In this document: piece by piece, positions 13,601-25,200 of the stretch
How positions within the stretch are numbered: the stretch's first letter is position 1
Layout: each line of letters opens with the position of its first letter
NCBI GenBank assembly: GCA_051362555.1
Contig: CM120640.1
Span: 16,306,001-16,370,000 of the forward strand
DNA length: 64,000 bases
Direction: 5' to 3'
DNA from: Lingula anatina
Lineage: Eukaryota > Animalia > Brachiopoda
Made by a program: the position numbers and the translations under genes
Notes under the pieces: model-generated
Database searches by the model: none
Told to the model about the DNA's origin: nothing
Seen by the model: only the letters and a program-made list of their open reading frames with translations

Positions 13601-16600
13601 AGTCTTAAACCCTTTTCTGGTCACAAAAATTGCCAAGTCATCATACTGTCAGTTTCAACTAACTTAAGATTATAGAAAGATAATTGTATGATGGAGCCAC
13701 TTATCAGTAAAAGTTGTTTGATTCGTTCATTTGAGGAATGTATCAGTCAGATTATTCACATGTATATACTTTCAAAATGACATTTAATTTTAGGTTTTCA
13801 TGTGATAACATCAACTATTTCTTTTCAGGGACCAAATTGGATTTGGTCTGTGGATGGTAATGACAAGTTTCAGTTCTTCCATATTTACATACATGGATGC
13901 ATTGATACATTTTCACGCAAATTTTTGTGTATGTATATAATGTACTGTTTTAAGTAAAAAACCAATTTGAAAAAACTCTATCCCTTATCTAACCACACAC
14001 TACTGGGTTTAAAAGAGTTTACTAGTATTATCCATTTCTGATTTTGCCATTGTAACATACTAGTTTGGGGTATATTTCAACACTGTGGTCTTCTTAAACA
14101 TCTGTGCTAATAGTTACCGTTTTTTAATAGTCTGCCCTAATAGAACTAGAAGTGACCCAGGGACAGAGAATGTAGACTTAATTGAATGCCAAATGTTCCT
14201 AAGAAGAAATAGCAGTGATCAGCATGCTTTCTCCGATAGTCACATCATGGGGCCTTCACCACTGAACCAGGTATGTAAATTTCTTATTATATTTACCCAT
14301 TTGTCACAAGGATGTCTATTAAAGCCTGTAGTTGGATCACGCACTATTCTGATGTCATGCAATTATTTCAGTGTTTCTGGTCAACTTTCCTAAAGAGAGT
14401 TTTAATCCATTGGCATATCATAGAATGACTGATAAATTCACAAGTATTATACTTTTCAGGGTTTGCACAGAGATGGTTGGTATGACAGACACAGTTGCAT
14501 TGACAAGTGGTGCATGGTATTTGTTTACTTGCCTCTGATACAACATGATATAGATGCATTTCAACTGTGGTGGAACAACCACAAAATAAGACACCAAAGG
14601 CAGGTGTGGTTACCCACTGGTGCTGCTCCAAATGACATTTATGCATTTCCACATTTATATGGTAAATTTGGCAATATCAGTTACATGTTTAGCATATAAA
14701 AGATTGAAATATTTAAAACTTAAGACATTTTTGTATTAAAAATCTTTTACTTTAAATATGAACACGTAGTCAATTTTACACATCACCATGTTCTTGTGGC
14801 ATGGCTATGTGACTAAATGGAACAACTGGCTTAAGGTAAATCAACCTACATATTTTATGCAATATATATTTGCAGGCGGTCACCAGTGTGGATTCACTGT
14901 CAGTGATAGAGATTTGGCAGAAGTTGCACGAGAAAAAACACTGAACTATGAACAATCTGCTCGTGTGCCACAGGACTTCTATAATGAAGCAACTAACTTC
15001 ACTGCCACTAACCACTTGACAATAGAAATATCCACTGAAGAGGAGAGTTATATTCAACTAAGGAGACACTTCATCCTAGAAAGATCTGCATTACAGTCAT
15101 CTACATATGTGTAAAATGTAATATTAATGTTTCTGCACCAACCTGCAAATTCCAAATTGCTGTACAGGAAAAAAGAGAATAAAGAATCACAAAAGAGGTT
15201 ATTTTCCTTTTTTTGATACATTAATACAATGCGCAACAGGCTACACAACCCATTTTTATGAAACCACAAGTTCTGTAAGACAAAAAGGTAAATTGGTTTT
15301 CCCTTGATGGTGTTATCTCTTTATGTGCATGGAGATGCTGGTGTCACACCTGTCAGTACATAAAAATTCAACCACTTTTCAATAAACTTGACAATACATA
15401 TAATTCAAAGTCTCTATCCCAGCATAGCTGTCAAAACTACAAAAAAAGAATTTAAAAAATGCACAAAGTAGGTAACTGTCAATACTGATGCAAAATACAG
15501 TATGCTTAACAGGAAGTTGAACAGCATTGCAGGTATATGTCTGTTAGGAATATGTTACTAGCATACCCATGTCAGTTCAAATTCACAGTTAAAATATGCA
15601 AGCAAGAGAAATATGAACATTCAAATAAAAATGCATAAATTTCAGAAAAAAAAAAACAAGCTGGGTTCCCAATTTGATCTGTGCTTAAGAATTATTATTG
15701 GATTTTCAAACTTATATGTCACTGTTTTTTCTTTATAATGTTACTTTTGGCAGTACACAATTTGTTTTGCCAAATCTGATACAATTTTACGTAATGATAC
15801 AACCTTGAACTGTCTATCATAATAGTATAATGTATAAAAGTTCACTGCCATTTGACTTCATGCCTTTGGGGGTTAAATCCCTCAATAAAAATGCTAATAT
15901 TTAAAAAATATTGAACGCACATAAAAGGCAGTCAAACTGGTCCAAGTCTAGGTACAATTCAGACCAAGAACCCTTTCAGTAGGTTTGAGAGCCACGAGTA
16001 GCATGACGTTTATGGCCATTAAGGTGAGAGTGACCAAAATTTATTTTCCCTCACTTTTGATGCTATATTACATAATGCTTAAGAGCATAATCACCACCAA
16101 TTCTTAATTATGCAATGCAGTTAAAATGGTATTTACAAAAAAATTAATTAGCAAAGGTATTCAGGCCCATGATATTTGAAAATTCCACTATGTTCACAAG
16201 TGAGAACTATAACTAATGAGTTTACTTCCATTTTCAACAATTAAGTCAATGATAAAAACAGCACAACTTTAATAAAATTGTCCTATCATTTTTGATTACC
16301 AGTTTGCTCCTTCCTATTCAAGTTCAGTAGTAACAATGGGTGTATCTCTGCTAATTTTGGTGTATTTTACATTTTATTTTCACATCTGAATATTGGATGT
16401 TGAACTATTTGATACAGAACAATGCCCGAGCCCTAACGAAAAAAATAAAAAATACAAAAAACCTGCAGTGTTGCGCATGCAAAGCTCTACAAAATGAAAA
16501 AACAAGGTCTCTAGCAATGATGGTTCCAGAATTAGAGAGTTTTTAGTTTGGCATCTAATAGCCACTACTCGTCTGAAAATGCCCCAATTGACCCCAAACT

Positions 16601-19167
16601 CACGAAGATCAAAGATTACCCTAAGGGTAACACCTGCCCATTGTATTATAGATTAGATCTGTTTAGTTTCTGAAAATAGACAATAATAACTGTTTTCCAC
16701 AAGAAAGTTAGCAATTTTAGAAAAATGTGACCTGTTTGACCTTGAAATAATGCGCTCTAGGAGGAGAAGCGGTAACGGTGACTTGTAGTTCACGACACCC
16801 TGCAGAGCCATATGAGATAGGTCGGGACTAAAGCCATGAATACTGCCAGCGTACATGCTGGTGGTACTAAAGAGTGTTTTTTTTAATATTCTAGCTCCAT
16901 AAAATCCCTTCTCATCGTGGCATTGGCCTAGCATGGAGCCAATATCCCAGTCTGTTGGGCGGTTTTCCCTTTACAAATGACATCCTCCTCTTCATGTTCG
17001 GTGCAATGTCGGCATTTTGAACAGCCCCTCCCTGCCTCATTCGCCAATGCTTTTTTCTTTCTCGCACTTTCTCGCGAGATTTTGTGTTTTTTTTAAATTT
17101 CATCTTGAAAATGAAACACGATTGACCTCTCGGGATTTCGCGCGACCACGCGGGATTACGCGCGATCTCGCGGGATTACACGCGATCTCGCAAATTTCGC
17201 AATTTTTTTTTCAAAAAAAAATTTTTTTTCAATTTTTTTTTAATTTTTTTTTTCAAATTTTTTTTTTTTTCAAAATTTTTTTTTTCAATTTTTTTTTAAT
17301 TTTTTTTTTCAAATTTTTTTTTTTTTTCAAAATTTTTTTTTTCAATTTTTTTTTAATTTTTTTTTTTTTCAAATTTTTTTTTCAAATTTTTTTTTTAATT
17401 TTTTTTTTCCGCTTGGCCCTCCTGGGATTCCATAGTATTCAGAACAGGGAACTAACAGATCCCTGGATCAACTGTGTTGAAACAGAAAAACAAAACAGAA
17501 AAATCAACTGACACAATTCCCTTGTCCTTCCGAAAAATCTGTTCACCTTTTCACTTACATATACTCAATGCAAGCTGTCTTTACTTTATTATTCACCTAC
17601 CTTGCCATTACTATTAGTGAGTTCTGGCAAGGACCTCCAGTGAGAACTGATAATCTCCTGGTGATGTTTGGACAAAATTCTCTTCACACATTTCACCGTG
17701 TCATCCAGCAAGCCTGGCTTACTCTTGTCCAGGATCTTAGCAAACAGCAGCTTGGCACGTAGAAAGTACCCTATTGGCCACAGCCATTCCTGTGAATAAT
17801 AATATATTAAATAAAATCAAAAAAAAGAAAAAAATTAAAACAATATGGAAAGCATTGTAAAATTCAAATGTAAGTAAGTGCCAACTGACTTTTTGTTAGT
17901 ACAATTCGAGTTATACCCATTTGTGCTAATACATCTGATACTTTCACTATTTATATTATTTATATTTACTTCTCTGTGTATCTTATTGCTGCACTGATCA
18001 CACACATCTATCATTTTCAGTGTCTGGACCTGGACCTGGATGACTACACGCGCGCGCAGACACACACATAAACACACACACAGACTGGTAACATATAAGA
18101 GTGTCCAGTGACCTCTGAAACCAAGGGTGTTACTCACAGGTCCCTGGTGGTAGTTGAATCCTTTGGCTCTCTTTGGGTTTCCAGAGTCATCATCATTGTC
18201 ATAATCTCCATCATATGCCCAGTCACTGAAATACCAAAGTTATGCTTGATAATTTGGAGTCATTAAAAAAAATAATAATAAAATAAAAAATAAAAAAAAA
18301 TAAAAATAAAAAATAAAATTCCAATATCAAAAAGTATCAAACTTTCACCTTACTGACTGGGTTTCATGTGATTCTGAAGGGAATTATTTTTTATATATTA
18401 TTTAATCAAACCCAGCATATGTTCATGACAAGTACGACAAAAAAAAAAAAATTATACTATCTTTACTGCTGGTAGTTAATATCTGTTAAATAAGTCTTGA
18501 TTGCAGCCTAATGGTTCTGAGTTCTTAGCAATTCTAAATCTTATCACTTGTGTGTATTTTTACCTAGGATCCAATGTTTTCATGCCCAGAGGTCCCAGAA
18601 GCACATTCTCTGCCAGGGTCAGGGCAGTCCAAGCATTAGTGGGAGTGAACAATTCTGGAGCCTGGAAATCACAAAAAGGAAGTTAGGTTGCAAACTTTAT
18701 CAAATTAATCTTTCAATTGAAATTTCAAGTACAAACAAGGCAGCAAAGCTGTCAAATGTACAGACAAAGAACAGAAAATAAAGATGCAAATAAGTGAAAA
18801 ATTAAATTTTCACAAAAAACTGTTAAATTGCCAGAAAAATTTACCAAACAGACTGCGTTGCCTATTGAAGCTGTATGTTAGACCCATGTTTCTTTCCTGT
18901 AAGTTTGAGAACAGTAAGTGACATGATTTCCCTTAAATGGTCATCATAGGAGCAGTGCCCAAAATAGGGATTTCTTCAAATTCTGATGCAACATTACATA
19001 ATGTTTAACAGCATAATGACAATCAAATGTTATTAATAAAATATTAGTAACATGGACATTCAGAAAATGTGACAAGCAAAAGTCTTCAAGATCATGGAAC
19101 TTTAAAGTCACACCTTGAAAATGCCAATATGTGAAAAATTAAATTTTCACAAAAAACTGTTTAACTG

Positions 19168-19200
<33 letters not shown>

Positions 19201-22200
19201 AAACAGACTGCATTGCCTACTGAAGCTGTATTTTAGTCCCATGTTTCTATCCTGTAAGTTTGAAAACAGTAAGTGACATGATTTTCCTTAAATGGTCATC
19301 ATGGAAGCAGTGCCCAAAATGGGAGTTTCTTCAAATTTTGATGCAATATTACATAATGTTTAACAGCTTAATGACCATCAATTTTTAATTATAAAATATT
19401 TGTATCACAGATATTCAGAAAATGTGACTAGCAAAGGTCTTCAGGCCCATGGAACTTCAAAGTCACGCCTTGATAATGCCAAAATGTAAACAAGACAACA
19501 CTGTTCTGAAATGGGTTTATTTCCATTTTTAACACTTTTTTAACATAAAACAAAATACACATTTTACTGCCATTTTTATATGTCCAACTAAGAAAATTGA
19601 TGAGATGGGAAAAGTATCAATAGAACAGTGTTAAATGTCCAATTTCCTCCATTCTGAGATTCTGAACATAGTGGATGATTGAATCTGACAAACTGCAATG
19701 ATATGAGTTTATTTCCATTTTTGACACTTTATTACACAATACATGATAACAAGTTTACCATGTTTTTTACATAATCAACTAACAATGTTGTAAAGATGCA
19801 GGAAATATCAAACAAACACTTTTAGGCATCTTATTAGTTAAATAATGAGACTGTTAACATGCCTAAGAATTGAATCTGAGGAAATGTGAAAAAACAGTAT
19901 AACTTCTTAAGTAATGGCCCGATTATGCTTATTTTCGAACTCAACCTGCGTTTTAGTAAGATTGACCACTCCTGTGAGTATATTTACAATTGGCCAATCC
20001 GTTTTTTCTTATATTGTGTTATCAGTGTTGCATTTATATTGAAAATAATGAAAAAACAGCATAAACTAGAGGATCAGAGAGGCGATACCGCCTCCAAATA
20101 TTGTACCACCAGCTGGAGCAAGCGCATTCGTATAGACCCCCACATACACAAAATAAGGGACACAGCCAAAAGTTTTGTGCTTGACAAGCTGTAAAAATGC
20201 AATCAACAAGAATTTTTAAACTATTGCAAAAAATATATATGGTGCAATCAAATTTAAATTCTTCGTAAGGTAGGTCAAGGGTCAATTTCAAGGTCACAGT
20301 AAATTGCCAGTATATGACTTGAATCCAGTTTTGGAGATAAAAGGGAAGCAAAATTTGCAAAATTCAGTTCATGGTGAAAAGTAGGTCAAAGGTCAATTTC
20401 AAGGTCACATTTAGATTGCCAGTATATGACTTTCTATTCAAGTTCAATAGTAACTATGGACCTATCTCTGCCAGTTTTGGAGATAAAAGGGAAGCAAAAT
20501 TTGCAAAGTTCAGTTTATGGTGAAAAGTAGGACAAAGGTCAATTTTAATGTCACATTTATCATGCCAGTATATGACTTCCTATTCAAGTTCAATAGTAAC
20601 TACGGACCTATCTCAGCCAGTTTTGGAGATAAAAGGAAAGCAAAATTTGCAAAATTCAGTTCATGGTGTAAAGTAGGTCAAAGGTCAATTTTAAGGTCAC
20701 ATTTAGATTCCCAGTATATGACTTCCTTTTCAAGTTCAATAGTAACTATGGACCTATCTCAGCCAGTTTTGGAGATAAAAGGGAAGCAAAATTTGCAAAA
20801 TTCAGTTCATGGTGTAAAGTAGGTCAAAGGTCAATTTTAAGGTCACATTTAGATTGCCAGTATATGACTTCCTTTTCAAGTTCAATAGTAACTATGGACC
20901 TATCTCTGCCAGTTTTGGAGATAAAAGGGAAGAAAAATTTGCAAAGTTCAGTTCATGGTGAAAAGTAGGTCAAAGGTCAATTTCAAGGTCACATTTAGAT
21001 TGCCAGTATATGACTTCCCATTCAAGTTCAATAGTAACTATGGACCTATCTCTGCCAGTTTTGGAGATATAAGGGACTAGATGTTATAATTTTGGAGTTA
21101 CCATAATGTGCCTTAAATTTCGTACAGAAAAAATTAATTAAAATAAAGAAAATGTCATTTTGGTCAAAATTCTTGAAATAGGAGGTGCTCTGAAGTTTCA
21201 GAAGTTCAAATTTGATGAAATAATGTCATTTTTGAACACAAGTTGTCTGCTTTGCCAAGCCTTATGTTTTATTTTTCCAGAGTTCAAAATTTATTATCCA
21301 TTACCGTACTGCACATTTTGCTTTTACCACCAATATGTACTTTTTGATACAGCGTAACTCGAAAACCGTATGGAATACAAAAAAACCGAGACCACCTCCA
21401 GTGTTGGGCTTTACATGCTCTACAAAATGCAAAAAAGAATGGGTCTCTAGCATTAACGGTTCCCGAATTAGAGACAGTTTTCAGTTTCGGTATCTTATGG
21501 CCGCTACTCCCGTGAAAATGCACCGATTGACCCCAAATTCATGGAGATGAAAGATGACCTGAAGGGTAACACTTTCCAATAATATTATTGGTTAAGTCTG
21601 TGTGGTGTCTGAATAACAGGGCAAAAAAAATTTTTTTCGTAAAAAATTTCATTTTTTTGAAAATTTTGGCCCATTTGACCTTGAAGTAGAGGTCAAAGGT
21701 CAAATCCAAGGATATATTTGAAATCTACACATATGACTTTTGGAAAGCCGTCTATAGAAATTTTTCCCATAACTCCTTCCGTAGGGTAGATAATTAGCAT
21801 TTAATTTTGCCATTTTTAGACAAGGGTGCATTGCAATGAGTGCCACACCCAGACCCCAATACCGACAAAGCCCAAATTTTACGTGGAACGAGTTGAGATT
21901 ATAGGTGACCTAAATCCATGAGATGGGTACGGGGGCCCTTACCGTCTAGGAGGAGAAGCGGTAACGGTAGCCGTCCGGCGGAGCCGGCGGAGCCAACGGA
22001 GCCGGCGGAACGATCCGGACGGGACCGAAACCATGTGTACCGCCAGCGCTAACGCTGGTGGTACAATTACCTAAAAGTGACCCGATCATGCTGATTTTCG
22101 AACTTGACCTGCGTATTATGAAAATTCATCAGTTCTGTAAGTTTCAAGTCAAAAAGTAAAATGGTTTTCCACTTATCGTGTTATCGGTGCTGCATATATG

Positions 22201-25200
22201 CTGAAAAAAGTGAAAAAACAGCATAAATTCCCTAAAAGTGACCCGATCATGCTGATTTTCGAACTCCACCTGCGTATTATGAATATTCATCAGTTCTGTA
22301 AGTTTCAAGTCAAAAGGTAAAATGGTTTTCCACTTATCGTGTTATCGGTGCTGCATATATGCTGAAAAAAGTGAAAAAACAGCATAAATTCCCTAAAAGT
22401 GACCCGATCATGCTGATTTTCGAACTCCACCTGCGTATTATGAATATTCATCAGTTCTGTAAGTTTCAAGTCAAAAGGTAAAATGGTTTTCCACTTATCG
22501 TGTTATCGGTGCTGCATACATGCTGAAAAAAGTGAAAAAACAGCATAAATTCCATAAAAGTAACCCGATCATGCTGATTTTCGAACTTGACCTGCGTATT
22601 ATGAATATTCATCAGTTCTGTAAGTTTCAAGTCAAAAGGTAAAATGGTTTTCCACTTATCGTGTTATCGGTGCTGCATATATGCTGAAAAAAGTGAAAAA
22701 ACAGCATAAATTCCCTAAAAATGACCCGATCATGCTGATTTTCGAACTTGACCTGCGTATTATGAATATTCATCAGTTCTGCAAGTTTCAAGTCAAAAGG
22801 TAAAATGGTTTTCCACTTATCGTGTTATCGGTAAAAGTGCACGGCGACGGCGACGACGGCGACGACAGACGCAGATGATGGCTATATGTACAGACACATC
22901 TGTGTCTGTACATAAAAAGGCTTCTTCACATAATCATTGCAAAACTAAGGTTCAAAAGGAAATATGCATAAATTGGAGACTAAAGTAAATTTCTTCAATT
23001 TGAAAAGAAAAAGTCACCCACAAACTAAGATTTTCATACTTAACCCCCCCAAAAAAACTAATATTCATTAATAAATAATATATAAAAATTAAAACAAATG
23101 AATGGAATTAAAAAACCAATAAAAAAGCTACAAAAGCCCACACAATGCTAAATTATTTTAAATTCTACCACAGTAATTAGCCATTAACAAAACATGATCA
23201 CCACTACAAAATGAAGTAAGTTAACCCTTACACCCCATTCTCATAGATTAGATCGACCTACATTGGATCGACCTAACTCCCTGGGGGTTCACGCTAAATA
23301 GCTGTCAGCCGGGCGGACATGAAAGTTAATTATCCCTTTCTGCTTGTAGTAGGCGGGGACGGACACTTAAGGCGGATTATCTGACAGTAATCTAGTGAGA
23401 CTCCCCGCTGTGATAGATCAATCTAAAAGTTGTGAGAACAGAGCCTTAAACTGAATATTTCCATAGAGTTCTACACTACATACCACCACCATGGCCACAC
23501 AGAAGTTGGGTCTCAGCTGGTAGTCAGCCCACTCCTGGCTGGCACCATGGGAGTCCTTGTACATGCCTCGTTTGTTCACCAGGGAGGGGCGTGGTTCGTA
23601 CTCTGGGACAGGACTGGTGTGGATCCAGAAATATCTCTCAAAACTAGCCTGGATTTTCTTGTCCCAGTCCTTGAAGGTAATGGTCACTTCCTGAGCTGAT
23701 GTGAGAGAAATGTTTCTTCCATTATTCCCTTTTTTATACTTTATAAAACTGGACAGTAGAGTGGACAAAGTTTATATACTATGAACTGGTATAAAAGATA
23801 CAAAATCTATGAATCCAGACTCATATTTGGAAAAGTTACAAGTAAAATTTGATATAAACTGACTCTTTCAAGTAGATAATGAGTCTGATTTCTTCTATTT
23901 AATAGTTCTTTAAATGTTAAAATTAAGTATTGTTAACCAATCAAAAAAATTACATGCAAAGCAGCCTGCATCAACACCATGTAAAACAATTCCAACTGTA
24001 TGTAGTATTCTTACATTTTGTCTTTGCTTTCACTCCACTGTAAGGATAAGCTCCCTCTTCATTCATCCTTATCAACCACCTTAACACCGACTTACTGAGA
24101 CCAATAAGTTCAACAGCTGAGCCATCTCTGTGAAAAAGAAATAATAATAATAAATCTAAAGTATACAAATAGAATAGTGCACAGCAAGAAGTTTAAATTA
24201 TCTGCTTTTAAAAATATACAGCAACCAAACCTAGGGTTGTTTTGATTTACAAAGTTCATTTTTATAGATTTCCCCCTAACACTTTTCCAGCATATCAATA
24301 CAAACATTTAAAAATATTAAAAACATAAATAAATAAAACTAAATTAATATTTGTTTTCACCTTGGAGTGGCAGGTTTTCCTTTATTCCCTGCCCGGTTTG
24401 AGCTGCCCATCTTGTCCATCCAGGTGCCACAGTTGTGGACATTACCTCCAGATATGAACCCTGTCTGCATGTCCACACTGGCCTGGACAGTGAAACCTGA
24501 CCACAAAGGTTAAAGCTATAATATCCTGGGGCCGGTTTCACAAAGCAGTAGTTAGTTAGAACAACTAACTACTGAACTACCTCGCTAACGAGCAAACTTA
24601 GCGATTTTCGAGGGGTGTTTCACGAAGCAGTAGTTAATCGCTAAGGTCAGTCGTAAAGTTCGGTCGCTAGTTCTCTCGTTACTCACCGTAGTCTCGAAAC
24701 CGTCTGCCGTAAGTGGAACTCTTGCGTAAAAGTGTCACGAAAGCACTAACTCTCCAATTTTTGGTGGCTGGAAATGCATAAGAATGTCTGCTTTGAGGTC
24801 GTCGTAAAGGATCTCCACCACCTTTTTGCCGCTCTTTTTGTCACAGCTAGGCGCAACCTCTCGTAAATTGCATCATTGTGTGTATATTCTAATAGATTCT
24901 GCCTTTAATGAAAACGTCGTAGTCTACGTTGCCATCTGGAGGTACGGTTAGCAAGAAAGGTAGCCGCCATATTGGATACAAAGACAAACGACAGACAACG
25001 GTAACTAAGCCACCTTTTTATTTCACTCATTACGCATGCGTACGATGAAACTCTAGAGTTAGCAACTGGTCTGACCAGTCGTTAAATATCCAAGGTAACA
25101 ACGAGACAATAACAAGCGAGAGAACTAGCGATTGCTTCGTGAAACGGCACTCATAACTAGCGATAGGCTAACTACCGATCGCTAACTAACTACTGCTTTG

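Larger units (their letters stand above)
10893..17434 (+). mobile_element. IS3EU-type DDE DNA transposon (6542 bp) in the last AGL intron
   Basis: Termini TATGGAATCCCAGGAGGGCCAAGCG...CGCTTGGCCCTCCTGGGATTCCATA, 6-bp direct repeat GTATTC at 10887-10892 and 17435-17440, TIRs of 200-300 bp, and an internal multi-exon integrase-like gene. TAY...RTA ends with a 6-bp TSD match the IS3EU superfamily. Confidence 0.88.
18735..22917 (-). mobile_element. Non-autonomous Helentron-like (HINE/DINE-1-like) element, family A, in an AGL intron
   Basis: One end is acaaGGCAGCaaaGCTGTC (hairpin) plus subTIR atgtacagaca. The other end has a (GAC/GGC) microsatellite and the palindrome tatgtacagacaca-tc-tgtgtctgtacata. 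It sits in an A run without a TSD and carries an internal 161-bp array. The hairpin end recurs at 44538, 46722 and 62647, and the palindrome end at 51447. Confidence 0.8.

Noticed and set aside
20260-22830. Regular arrays as CRISPR or repeat-protein genes
   Set aside because: No unique spacers, eukaryotic context, and unit lengths of 146 and 161 bp are not multiples of 3; these are satellite arrays inside non-autonomous elements.
23220-23420. GC-richer intronic patch, possible SINE or structured RNA
   Set aside because: No clear A/B boxes, tail, TSD or second copy in the window.
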